Below are positions 16,644 to 25,304 of a stretch of 32,000 bases of DNA, one piece after another. The stretch's first letter is position 1. Each line of letters begins with the position of its first letter. Under the pieces are notes generated by a model, which did not search any database, was not told the origin of the DNA, and saw only the letters and a list, made by a program, of their open reading frames with translations. The DNA is from an uncultured Candidatus Saccharibacteria bacterium. Its GTDB lineage: Bacteria > Patescibacteriota > UBA1384 > XYA2-FULL-43-10 > 1-14-0-10-43-13. The stretch is from assembly GCA_964543385.1 (NCBI GenBank), contig CAZIYE010000001.1:60001-92000 (forward strand), in the 5' to 3' direction. The position numbers and the translations under genes are program-made.

Positions 16644-16781
16644 ATGTCGATTCTGAGGGGCATCCTTGTCGCTATTGCAGTCATCTGTCTGTTTTTCTGG
16701 ATCATCGAAAACGCACCGATGCCAGATTCATGGACCGATCCGACATCCGTGTCTGCCGGACTGGAGGTCTTTCCACCTTAG
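16644..16781 (+). CDS. Small 45-aa single-TM protein (islet B)
   Basis: MSILRGILVAIAVICLFFWIIENAPMPDSWTDPTSVSAGLEVFPP. GGGGAGGT lies 9 nt upstream of the ATG. GC3 is ~58% by hand count, against roughly 20-35% in hand-sampled neighbouring genes. The ORF is below the track's length cutoff. Confidence 0.5.
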   Translation: MSILRGILVAIAVICLFFWIIENAPMPDSWTDPTSVSAGLEVFPP

Positions 16782-16789
16782 GAGGTAAC

Positions 16790-16933
16790 ATGGAAGACTC
16801 AAAAAAGCCAACCTTTGCGATAATTATCGCAATCGCAACAATTGTTGCCTTACTCCTATTCCCCGAGACGAGAACTCCGATACTGCAATTACTTATCAAG
16901 ATTTGCGAGGGTCTGAGCGCGATCAAGGGGTAA
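16790..16933 (+). CDS. Small 47-aa single-TM protein (islet B)
   Basis: MEDSKKPTFAIIIAIATIVALLLFPETRTPILQLLIKICEGLSAIKG. An AGGAGG overlapping the upstream stop codon sits 5 nt before the ATG, suggesting coupling. Confidence 0.5.
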   Translation: MEDSKKPTFAIIIAIATIVALLLFPETRTPILQLLIKICEGLSAIKG

Positions 16934-16983
16934 TCCTGCCGAGGTCCATATTTTGAAATGAGGTATACTCAAAATATGGGCCA

Positions 16984-17031
16984 AGACCAGAGTAGTTAAA
17001 ACTACAATCTTAACTCTTCTGGTCTTTTTTT
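16984..17031 (+). terminator. Intrinsic terminator closing the TCS/islet B transcription unit
   Basis: AGACCAGA ... TCTGGTCT followed by T7. It is preceded by a separate 14-bp hairpin at 16943-16982 (GGTCCATATTTTGA / TCAAAATATGGGCC). Confidence 0.7.
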
Positions 17032-17034
17032 ATT

Positions 17035-17068
17035 TCCTAAGCGTATTCTCAGGAGACTCCTATATTAT
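17035..17068 (+). promoter_or_regulatory. P2: tandem heptamer box plus -10 upstream of the secreted helical protein gene
   Basis: TCCTAAG-CGTA-TTCTCAG - 10 nt - TATTAT. Confidence 0.5.
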
Positions 17069-17111
17069 CAATATAGGTCGATAAGTTGAGGGTAATAATT
17101 AAGGAGAAAAA

Positions 17112-17570
17112 ATGAATAAAAAAGTAATCTTTCCTGCGGTTGCAATCGGAACTTTGGCTCTGGCTGGGGTTATCTGGTTTGGCAACATGCAGGCACAAGC
17201 AGCATCTACAAATAGCGATACATTGATCGATAAAATTGCTCAAAAATTCAATGTACCGAAAGATCAAGTCCAAGCAACATTTGACGAAGTTCGAACAGAG
17301 CGACAGCAAGTAAGAAAGGCTGAACAAGATGCCAAACTCGAACAAGCAGTCAAAGATGGAGTAATCACACAGGAACAAAGAGATAAATTGGTAGCAAAGC
17401 GAGACGAAATGCGCGCTAGTAGAAAACAAAATAGGGAAGAAATGGATCAGTGGTTCAAAGATAATGGAATCGATCACAGCAAACTAATCCCATATATGGG
17501 AGGCGGACAAGGTGGTCGTGGCCATGGAAGAAACATAGGATCTATGCACCAAGGTAATCTAGAAAGCTAA
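17112..17570 (+). CDS. Secreted Lys/Glu/Gln-rich helical protein with a Gly/His-rich tail, possibly YckD(DUF2680)- or Spy/CpxP-like
   Basis: Signal peptide MNKKVIFPAVAIGTLALAGVIWFGNMQAQA. Contains VKDGVITQEQRDKL (LTxxQ-like). AGGAGA Shine-Dalgarno upstream. The family assignment is from memory of motifs only. Confidence 0.6.
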   Translation: MNKKVIFPAVAIGTLALAGVIWFGNMQAQAASTNSDTLIDKIAQKFNVPKDQVQATFDEVRTERQQVRKAEQDAKLEQAVKDGVITQEQRDKLVAKRDEMRASRKQNREEMDQWFKDNGIDHSKLIPYMGGGQGGRGHGRNIGSMHQGNLES

Positions 17571-17576
17571 ACACAT

Positions 17577-17610
17577 AAAACCCCTCCACCCCCTCGGAGG
17601 GGTTTTATTA
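17577..17610 (+). terminator. Intrinsic terminator
   Basis: AAAACCCCTCC-accccctc-GGAGGGGTTTT followed by ATTATT. Confidence 0.75.
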
Positions 17611-17643
17611 TTAAGCTATTTCTCAGAAATAATAGATTATAAT
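17609..17643 (+). promoter_or_regulatory. P3: tandem heptamer box plus -10 upstream of the ABC exporter genes
   Basis: TATTAAG-CTAT-TTCTCAG - 11 nt - TATAAT. Confidence 0.55.
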
Positions 17644-17673
17644 AAAAAGATAACCATTAAAACAAGGTAAATC

Positions 17674-19032
17674 ATGGGAATAATCAGCCGAGGCATAAAA
17701 AATGCTTTCAGAAATGGAATTCGGACCACATCAATTATTTTTATACTAGCGGTGAGTATCAGCATGGCTCTGATTATGCTGATGGCAATGAAAACTGTTC
17801 AGTCTAAAATCACTAGTGTCAAAAGCTCAATAGGTAACAATATTACTATTATGCCGGCAGGAGTAAGAGGATTTGAGGGCGGAGGAGAGGCTCTAACCGA
17901 CACGGATGTATCAGCGCTCGCCGCCCTACCTCATATAAATAAAATAGTAAAAACAATCTCCGACCGTCTAACTACTGAGGATACGAATTTAGTTTCGGCT
18001 ATAGAGCCAGGCTCGTTTGGTCAGCGTCAACAAAATAGACAAAACAGGCAATACCAAGGTGGGGGAAATATAGAGCAAAGAGCACCTCAAAACTTTGCAA
18101 TGCCAATAATGGTAACTGGTACAAATGATTTGTCTTCCACAGCCAGCTTAAACGCCAGTAAATTTGACGTAATTTCCGGCACAAGGATGGATGCAAATTC
18201 CAATGAAAATATAGCAATGGTTGGCACAGAATTAGCCACAAAAAATAATCTGTCCATTGATACGATATTTAAAGCTTATGGACAAGATGTGAAATTAATT
18301 GGCATATTCGATGCTGGAAATAAATTTGCCAACTCTACGGTAGTTATGCCGGTAGCAACATTACAGAAATTATCGGCCCAGACAGATCAAATAACTTCTA
18401 TTATAATTCAAGCTGACTCAATAGACTCTGTCACAACTCTACAAAATGATATTAAGGCCAAACTTGGAGATAAGGCTGATGTAACTTCACAGCAAGATAG
18501 CTCAAACGATGCAGTAAAACCACTTGAAAATATCAAAACAGTTTCTCTGTATAGTTTAATTGGTTCTCTTATCGCTGGATCAATAATAATTCTCCTAACT
18601 ATGATAATGATTGTCAGAGAACGAAGGAGAGAAATAGGGGTCCTTAAAGCGATAGGATCATCTAATATTGGCATCATGGCCATGTTTACAGTAGAATCTC
18701 TTGTTTTGACTTTGACAAGCAGTATCGCAGGCATTGTCTTTGGTCTGATTTTCAGTAACCCAGTATTGAAAGTCTTAGTGAACAACTCCGCAACAGCAAC
18801 TTCAGTAGCTCCAGAGCATATCGGAGGTGGGACAGGAAGAATAATGATGCGTATGGGCGGTGATGCTGTTAATAGCGCCCAAAATACATTAAAAGAACTA
18901 AATAATGTTGTTGGATGGGACATTATCCTTTATGGCTTGTTAGCTGCGGTTATTATCGCAATTATCGGCAGTTCAATACCTGCTTTCTTTATTTCAAAAA
19001 TTAGACCAGCCGAGGTCATGAGAGCAGAATAA
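17674..19032 (+). CDS. ABC transporter permease, FtsX/MacB type
   Basis: N-terminal TM, ~270-aa extracytoplasmic domain, and three C-terminal TMs with the FtsX-like signature (REIGVLKAIGSS). Confidence 0.8.
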   Translation: MGIISRGIKNAFRNGIRTTSIIFILAVSISMALIMLMAMKTVQSKITSVKSSIGNNITIMPAGVRGFEGGGEALTDTDVSALAALPHINKIVKTISDRLTTEDTNLVSAIEPGSFGQRQQNRQNRQYQGGGNIEQRAPQNFAMPIMVTGTNDLSSTASLNASKFDVISGTRMDANSNENIAMVGTELATKNNLSIDTIFKAYGQDVKLIGIFDAGNKFANSTVVMPVATLQKLSAQTDQITSIIIQADSIDSVTTLQNDIKAKLGDKADVTSQQDSSNDAVKPLENIKTVSLYSLIGSLIAGSIIILLTMIMIVRERRREIGVLKAIGSSNIGIMAMFTVESLVLTLTSSIAGIVFGLIFSNPVLKVLVNNSATATSVAPEHIGGGTGRIMMRMGGDAVNSAQNTLKELNNVVGWDIILYGLLAAVIIAIIGSSIPAFFISKIRPAEVMRAE

Positions 19033-19051
19033 TTAATATTAGGGATATCAA

Positions 19052-19720
19052 ATGCTAAAAATAACAAATTTAATAAAAGAATTTCAATCCGGTGATAGCA
19101 AGGTAAGAGCGATAGATAATATTAGCCTCGAAATACCGACCGGCGTTTTTTCAACAATCGTTGGTAAAAGTGGTAGTGGTAAAAGCACACTTCTTTCCCT
19201 TCTGGGAGCACTAGACAAACCATCGTCAGGCACTATTGATGTCGATGGAGAGGATATCTCTAAAATGGGTGATTCCAAACTAATCAAATATCGCAGAGAC
19301 AAGATAGGTTTTGTCTTTCAGGGGTATAATCTGATTCCAAACCTATCTGCCCTGGAGAATGTGATGATCCCTTTGGAATTTACTGGAATACCAGCACATG
19401 ATCAAAAAGATAAAGCCGCCAAACTTCTTGTTCAAGTAGGCCTTGATGAAAATAAGCAAAAAAGGAAGCCAGGCCGACTATCAGGAGGAGAACAACAAAG
19501 AGTTGCAATCGCCAGAGCTTTGGCCAACAGACCAAAATTAATTTTAGCCGATGAACCCACGGGCAATTTAGACAGCGCAACAGGAAAAGTTATTATTAAA
19601 CTCTTGAAAGATCTGGCGAAATCGGAAAACACAACTATAGTTGCCGTGACTCATGATGATGGTATTGCAGCAGAAGCCGAACTAACCTTCAGACTTAAAG
19701 ACGGCAAACTTGTAAAATAG
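19052..19720 (+). CDS. ABC transporter ATP-binding protein (MacB/LolD-like)
   Basis: Walker A GKSGSGKSTLL, signature LSGGEQQRVAIARAL, Walker B ILADEPT, and an H-loop TH. Confidence 0.9.
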   Translation: MLKITNLIKEFQSGDSKVRAIDNISLEIPTGVFSTIVGKSGSGKSTLLSLLGALDKPSSGTIDVDGEDISKMGDSKLIKYRRDKIGFVFQGYNLIPNLSALENVMIPLEFTGIPAHDQKDKAAKLLVQVGLDENKQKRKPGRLSGGEQQRVAIARALANRPKLILADEPTGNLDSATGKVIIKLLKDLAKSENTTIVAVTHDDGIAAEAELTFRLKDGKLVK

Positions 19721-19733
19721 GATCGATGGACGA

Positions 19734-20099
19734 TTACTCTTTCTCCATCGCCTCAGCTTTTGTGGCATGGATAGTACCATCTGGATGTTCGGCTGGAGAA
19801 TAAATAGAATAAAGCTTCAAAGGTGTACCACCAGTATTGACAATATTATGTTCAGTTCCTGCAGTGATTACAACTGCCCAATCATCCTCTATTTCATATT
19901 CTTCGTCGTCCAAAATAGCTTTGCCCTCTCCATCTTCTATTCTTATAAATTGATCAACTGTATGCTTTTCCATCCCAATATCTTCACCTGGCTGCAAGCT
20001 CATCACAACAAGCTGGCTATTTGGCCCAGTAAATAAAACCTTGCGGAAATTTTCATTTTCCTCTGTCATTTCTTCGATGTTTCCAACAAATCCCTTCAT
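19734..20099 (-). CDS. Cupin domain protein
   Basis: Cupin_2-like pattern (G.DIGMEKH....QFIRIEDGEG, AGTEHNIVN); 121 aa. Confidence 0.65.
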   Translation of the reverse strand: MKGFVGNIEEMTEENENFRKVLFTGPNSQLVVMSLQPGEDIGMEKHTVDQFIRIEDGEGKAILDDEEYEIEDDWAVVITAGTEHNIVNTGGTPLKLYSIYSPAEHPDGTIHATKAEAMEKE

Positions 20100-20230
20100 A
20101 AGAACTCCTTTTTTAAATAATAACTCTCAATTTAACTGATAGTAATCCGAAAATCACTAGAATATAAGATAATTGATATGGAAAAATATTTAGCAAGAGC
20201 TATAATAAAGAAATATAAAAAAGGAGCCCA

Positions 20231-20455
20231 ATGGTCGAAGAAAAAAAGACAGAGTGTTGCGATCCAAAAAAATGGCATCGTTCTCGCAGTACCAACGAAA
20301 ATTGGGGGGCAGTTTATTTTCTCGGTATAATTGGTGTAGCAGTGTATTATGTTCAACAAGTTAGCGGATTCTGGCCTGTCGTTCTAGCAATTTTAAAAGC
20401 CATCGTCTGGCCAGCTTTTTTACTTCATAAAGTATTCTCGATGCTAAATATGTAA
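20231..20455 (+). CDS. Small 74-aa two-TM membrane protein with an N-terminal vicinal Cys pair
   Basis: MVEEKKTECCDPKKWH followed by two hydrophobic segments. AAGGAG Shine-Dalgarno 6 nt upstream. Confidence 0.6.
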   Translation: MVEEKKTECCDPKKWHRSRSTNENWGAVYFLGIIGVAVYYVQQVSGFWPVVLAILKAIVWPAFLLHKVFSMLNM

Positions 20456-20527
20456 TATAAATATTGAAAAATATTAGAAAATCATATTTGAAACAGTTGA
20501 AAGAATTACAAGATACAAAGGAACAGA

Positions 20528-21148
20528 ATGTCTAAAAAAGATTATAAAAAAGAGTTAAAGGAATTTTACAATCCTTCCACCAAAGAGGTTTCGGAAGTGG
20601 TTGTGCCAAAAATGAATTATATTATGATTGATGGCAAGGGTGACCCCAATACAGCCAAGGAATATGCTGACTCTATCCAAACACTCTATCCAGTAGCATA
20701 CACAATCAAATTTGCGATCAAAAAGGCAACTGGCTTTGACTTTGGTGTTATGCCACTCGAAGGACTGTGGTGGTCGGACGATATGAATGATTTTGTTCTT
20801 GGCAAAAAGGATAATTGGCATTGGACCTCAATGATTATGCAGCCAGACATCGTCACCAAAGAGATATTTGATAAAGCAGTGGCCGAAGTCAAAGAGAAAA
20901 AGAATCCTGCTTTAATTGATAAAATTTGCTTCGAATCATACGAGGAGGGGAGATCAGCCCAGATCATGCACGTTGGCCCGTTTGCCGATGAAGGACCAAA
21001 TATCAAGAGAATTCATGAATATATCACTGCAGTCGGTGGTAAATTTGACGGCAAAGGTCAACAAAAACACCATGAAATCTATCTCTCGGACTTCCGCAAA
21101 ACTGCACCAGAGAAGTTAAAAACAGTCATTCGCCAATCGTTCAAATAA
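20528..21148 (+). CDS. GyrI-like small-molecule-binding domain protein
   Basis: VPKMNYIMIDGKGDPNT, MPLEGLWW, W.WTSMIMQPD, HVGPF and HHEIYLSDFRKT are typical of the GyrI-like/SOUL-type family. Confidence 0.7.
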   Translation: MSKKDYKKELKEFYNPSTKEVSEVVVPKMNYIMIDGKGDPNTAKEYADSIQTLYPVAYTIKFAIKKATGFDFGVMPLEGLWWSDDMNDFVLGKKDNWHWTSMIMQPDIVTKEIFDKAVAEVKEKKNPALIDKICFESYEEGRSAQIMHVGPFADEGPNIKRIHEYITAVGGKFDGKGQQKHHEIYLSDFRKTAPEKLKTVIRQSFK

Positions 21149-21181
21149 CTACTCAATAAAAAAATCAATCTTTTGCATCCA

Positions 21182-21210
21182 TTGACAAAATAACAAATAT
21201 AGAGTATGAT
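21182..21210 (+). promoter_or_regulatory. Near-consensus promoter at the start of a 380-bp ORF-free region
   Basis: TTGACA (21182-21187) - 17 nt - TATGAT (21205-21210). The next start codon with coding potential is 21531. Confidence 0.5.
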
Positions 21211-21530
21211 TAATGTATCGTTCAGTAAGAACTCTCTGTATCCAGTATCTTTATCGATCTCTATACCTAGCCGTTACATCGGACATTTTGTCTGATATAC
21301 ACGGAAAAGTACTCTCTTTGCGAATAAGCTGATCTTTGAGCCCATTCAGGGCAAGTTTTCAATCCTACATAATTTCTAGCAATATAATTTGCTATTTGTA
21401 AGCACTTCGAGACTACAATCAAAGTTAGCTATTTGTTAAGAACTATTCGAATAATCAAGTCCCAATCAAACTTGAGATGATACCTATTCTTATATACTCC
21501 CGGATTTATTAATTAATTCCTTATTTTTTT

Positions 21531-22724
21531 ATGGCAGAAAAACAGTCTAAATATAAGAAAAATCTATTTTTTCTCACATTACACTTCGTTTTTGCAAAAC
21601 GGATTACCGGTCCGATTATGATGCTATTGTATCAGGCGTTTGGCCTGAACTATAGCCAAATCGGCACCCTTGCAGCAATCACAACCCTTTCAGACGCTTC
21701 GCTAGAAATATACGGCGGAGCTTTTTCTGATGTTTATGGCCGTAAAAAGTGTTCTTTATTGTATGCACTTCTCGCGATGGGCAACATGGCAATTTTTGCT
21801 TTTGGTCATTCATTCCTCCATTTCGCGATAGGAAATGCAGTCTATGGCGCCGCTATCGCGATCGGATCAGGCAATGCAAGTGCGTTGCTCTTTGACACGC
21901 TCCAAGTACTTAAAATGGAAAACAAATATAAGAAGTATCGAGGACGGATGCAAGCAGCTGCAAAACTTCTGAACGGACTAATTATTCTTTGTCTACCATT
22001 TCTTTATATGAAAAATATTAGATTCCCGTTCTATTTAGGATTTGGCCTATACTTAATCGCATTCATCACTGCATTGTTTCTAAAGGAAACGCCCAGACCA
22101 AAGGCTGATAAAAGAGTAGGAATCGTCAGTACAGCGGTCAACTCATTCAAAGAAATATTTTCGAATAAAAAGATTATGTTTATTATCGCTTTCCAATCGG
22201 TCTGGACTGGTTTTGCTTTGCTCTTCTTTGAATATTTTCAGCCAATCATCAAGATAGCTGGCATGCCATTGATATATTTCGGCATTATCTACACTTTCGC
22301 AAGAATATTTGAGGGATTGGGCAGTGCTATTATTCACAAATTCGAGCATCACTCAAACCGGAAATTATTATTAGCAAATGTTCTAATGTTGATCACGGCC
22401 CTCGCAGGATTTGCATTTAGCCATAGCTACTTACTCCTTGCTTTTATTATGATCGGCTGTATGGCTGATGGTATTGCCGATGTCATTCAAAGTGAGATTA
22501 TGAACAATAATATCAGTTCAGCAAATCGCACGACAATAATCTCCGCAGCCAATGTATTCAACGGCTTTTTTACCTCGTTAGCACTTTTTTCGTTTGGCAT
22601 CGCCAGCGATAGAATAGGAGTTCAGAAAATGTTTGGATGGGCAGCCATAATTTTTGTATTTTTGATAATTATTCTTTTTATTGTTATGAAAGCTAAAACT
22701 AACTTCAAGAGCTTGAATTCATAA
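21531..22724 (+). CDS. MFS transporter
   Basis: About 12 hydrophobic segments, an MFS loop motif (GAFSDVYGRKK) and 397 aa. Confidence 0.8.
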   Translation: MAEKQSKYKKNLFFLTLHFVFAKRITGPIMMLLYQAFGLNYSQIGTLAAITTLSDASLEIYGGAFSDVYGRKKCSLLYALLAMGNMAIFAFGHSFLHFAIGNAVYGAAIAIGSGNASALLFDTLQVLKMENKYKKYRGRMQAAAKLLNGLIILCLPFLYMKNIRFPFYLGFGLYLIAFITALFLKETPRPKADKRVGIVSTAVNSFKEIFSNKKIMFIIAFQSVWTGFALLFFEYFQPIIKIAGMPLIYFGIIYTFARIFEGLGSAIIHKFEHHSNRKLLLANVLMLITALAGFAFSHSYLLLAFIMIGCMADGIADVIQSEIMNNNISSANRTTIISAANVFNGFFTSLALFSFGIASDRIGVQKMFGWAAIIFVFLIIILFIVMKAKTNFKSLNS

Positions 22725-22766
22725 AGCTATTAAACTAAACTTCTATTATTAAAGTCGGACACATCA

Positions 22767-23417
22767 ATGCAAAAAATCAGTAAAATTTATCAGAAATACA
22801 AAATAATGCCCCAGCTTCAGGAGCACCAGTTTCGTGTTGCTGCTTTAGCCAAATCTATTTGTGATCAGCTCGAAAATCTCATTGACACAGATACAGTGAT
22901 AAAAGCTTGTCTTATTCATGATATGGGCAATATATTAAAATTTGACCTAAATATATTTCCTGAATTTTTAAAACCAGAAGGCTTGGAGTACTGGGAAACA
23001 GTGAAACAAGAGACTGCCAAAAAATATAAAACAAATGATGAGCATATTGCCACCAAAATGATCGCCAAAGAGCTAAATGTCTCATCTGAAGTTATGCAGT
23101 GTCTGGATGCTATTGGATTTTCAAAGATCAGGAATAATCTCTCAACTACAAGTTTTGAGGAAAAAATTTGTTGTTATGCCGACCAACGATTAGCCCCTTT
23201 TGGTGTAGTCTCGATAGAGGAAAGAATGGCAGAAGGAAAGAAAAGATATGCAAACAGCACTAGAGTTATGTTAAATCCATTAAATTTTGATATTTTATTT
23301 GAGGATTTAAAACAACTTGAAAAACAAATTTTTGTACAGACTAGAATATTGCCGACTAATGTTACAGACACGTCAATTCAAACAGCTATCACAAAGTTAA
23401 GGGATTATTCAATCTAA
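22767..23417 (+). CDS. HD-domain phosphohydrolase
   Basis: H..RVA followed by CLIHDMGN (the HD dyad) and a later D. Confidence 0.65.
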   Translation: MQKISKIYQKYKIMPQLQEHQFRVAALAKSICDQLENLIDTDTVIKACLIHDMGNILKFDLNIFPEFLKPEGLEYWETVKQETAKKYKTNDEHIATKMIAKELNVSSEVMQCLDAIGFSKIRNNLSTTSFEEKICCYADQRLAPFGVVSIEERMAEGKKRYANSTRVMLNPLNFDILFEDLKQLEKQIFVQTRILPTNVTDTSIQTAITKLRDYSI

Positions 23418-23434
23418 ATAAATATATTTGAACT

Positions 23435-24049
23435 ATGAAAGAAATAATTTTTGGAACTACAAATTCTGCCAAGATCGCCCATGTTCAGGCGGCTCTTGAT
23501 CCACTTGGAGTAAAAGTCAGAGGCATTGGAGAATTCGGCCAGTTCCCGGATTTAGAGGAAGATGGCAAAACTCCGCAAGAAAATTCCCGCAAGAAAGCAA
23601 TTTATTATTCTTCGCAAATTGGGAAGCCGGTATTATCCATGGACATTGCACTTTATTTTGATGGAATAAGCGATGACGAACAACCAGGACTTAATGTACG
23701 TAGAATTACAGGATTTACAGGCAGACCAACAGATGAGGAACTTATTCAATATTATTCGAAATTAATAGAAAAGCATGGCGGAGAAGTGACCGGCCATTGG
23801 GAATTTGCCATGTGCATCGCGTCACCCAATGGGAAGATAAAAGAAGCAACTGCTTTTTCTAGAGACAGATATTTCACAAGCAAAATATCTTCGAAGAGAA
23901 TATCTGGATACCCCCTGACATCCATCCAATTTGATAAGAAATCCAATCAATACATCTCCGAAATGACAAACAAATCACCTGATGATTTCTGGCAAGAATC
24001 CATTGGAAAAGAACTGAGAGAATTATTCGATTCAGTCACGAATATTTAG
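23435..24049 (+). CDS. Ham1/ITPase-like non-canonical NTP pyrophosphatase family protein (divergent)
   Basis: IIFGTTNSAKI, EEDGKTPQENSRKKA and PVLSMDIAL..PG are collinear with RdgB/Ham1 motifs. The match is divergent, so specificity is unknown. Confidence 0.5.
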   Translation: MKEIIFGTTNSAKIAHVQAALDPLGVKVRGIGEFGQFPDLEEDGKTPQENSRKKAIYYSSQIGKPVLSMDIALYFDGISDDEQPGLNVRRITGFTGRPTDEELIQYYSKLIEKHGGEVTGHWEFAMCIASPNGKIKEATAFSRDRYFTSKISSKRISGYPLTSIQFDKKSNQYISEMTNKSPDDFWQESIGKELRELFDSVTNI

Positions 24050-24116
24050 ATAATTACCTTGAATTGCCAACAAATTGACGATAAAATTTTAGTAATAAAT
24101 AATTTTTAGGAGGCTT

Positions 24117-24818
24117 ATGCTATCTTTAATAGTCGCTATCTACTTAATTGGAATAGCATCAATTATTTGGTCATTTATGGATCATGGAGCAATTTTAACT
24201 GCTATAATCGCTGCTGTCTGGGCGGCTCTGCTAGTCACGCTCAAGAAAGTGAAACTTGGTATTCCAGCTGCTATGACTGCCTCTGCCTTTGTCCTAGTAG
24301 CCAGTGTGGTGACAATTCTTACTTACCCTGAGAGAAATGACAAAATAGATCTCAGCGATACCAAAACTGAAGGCAGTCAGGCAGTAGAGAAAAAAGAAGT
24401 TGCCGATCCAGCCGGAACTATATTAGTTGACGGCGGCATAGGCACATTAACAAAAGATAAATATGACTCATATTCTTATATCGCCGAATCAGCCAGAGGC
24501 AAGGAGGCTTATCTAGCGGCAAAGGGAGCAATAGCTTCTTATGAGTTTGAGTCCGCAATAGCAGGAAACTACAAACTATCAGTAAAGCTCTCTGACGATG
24601 CACTACATCTTGATGGCTCAAGAAGCGTAACAATACTCCTAAACAATTCAAAAACCCTCGCTTACTCTCATATTTCCAAAGATACAAAAGGTTGGGAATG
24701 GTTTGACTTAGGCCAAGTAACATTGATTGCTGGTAAAAACACTATCACCTTTACCAAAGATGACACAACATCAGCTGCCTTTGTGATGGATGAATTTAAA
24801 TTTGTGCCACAAAATTAA
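24117..24818 (+). CDS. Membrane-anchored protein with a C-terminal CBM6/35-like beta-sandwich
   Basis: Three N-terminal hydrophobic segments. The C-terminus GNYKLSVKLSDD...GWEWFDLGQVTLIAGKNTITF...VMDEFKF follows a carbohydrate-binding-module-like pattern. Confidence 0.45.
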   Translation: MLSLIVAIYLIGIASIIWSFMDHGAILTAIIAAVWAALLVTLKKVKLGIPAAMTASAFVLVASVVTILTYPERNDKIDLSDTKTEGSQAVEKKEVADPAGTILVDGGIGTLTKDKYDSYSYIAESARGKEAYLAAKGAIASYEFESAIAGNYKLSVKLSDDALHLDGSRSVTILLNNSKTLAYSHISKDTKGWEWFDLGQVTLIAGKNTITFTKDDTTSAAFVMDEFKFVPQN

Positions 24819-24830
24819 AAGAGGACAAAA

Positions 24831-25304
24831 ATGACAGAAGAAAAAATGTGTTGCCCAAGGTTTGATCCAAAACCATGGGATGATAAAATTTTCGAGTGGG
24901 AAAACAAAAAATTTATCAAAGGAAAAGTTGCTACCTTTTTATATATGCCGCTTAACTTTGGCAGTGTTATCACAAGATTAAATAACTTGGTTGAAAAAGC
25001 TGGAGCTACTATGCCCCAATGGTTATCCCTTTCCGACCATGCCTCACCCTGGAAAATGGATTTATATCTAGCAGTTGATAAAGAAATCGAGGACGCTGAA
25101 AATATTAATCTTTCCGGCAAATTTTTGAGCAAAGTCTACGAGGGAGATTTCAAGGAGACAGCCAAGTGGGGCGAAGACTTCAAAAAATATGCCGATGGTA
25201 AAAATTTGAAGATAAAGAAGTGGTACATGTGGTATACAACGTGTCCAAAATGCGCTAAAAAATACGGCAAGAATTATGTTGTTACAATTGCGGAAGTGGA
25301 ATGA
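24831..25304 (+). CDS. Conserved-looking Cys-containing protein of unknown function
   Basis: N-terminal MTEEKMCCPRFDPKPWD and C-terminal YTTCPKCAKKYGKNY. Its stop overlaps the next start (ATGA). Confidence 0.55.
   Translation: MTEEKMCCPRFDPKPWDDKIFEWENKKFIKGKVATFLYMPLNFGSVITRLNNLVEKAGATMPQWLSLSDHASPWKMDLYLAVDKEIEDAENINLSGKFLSKVYEGDFKETAKWGEDFKKYADGKNLKIKKWYMWYTTCPKCAKKYGKNYVVTIAEVE

Noticed and set aside
21211-21530. Known riboswitch classes upstream of the MFS gene (guanidine-I/ykkC, fluoride, T-box)
   Set aside because: Only an isolated ACACGG matches the ykkC consensus. None of the conserved GC-rich helices or signature strings of these classes is present.
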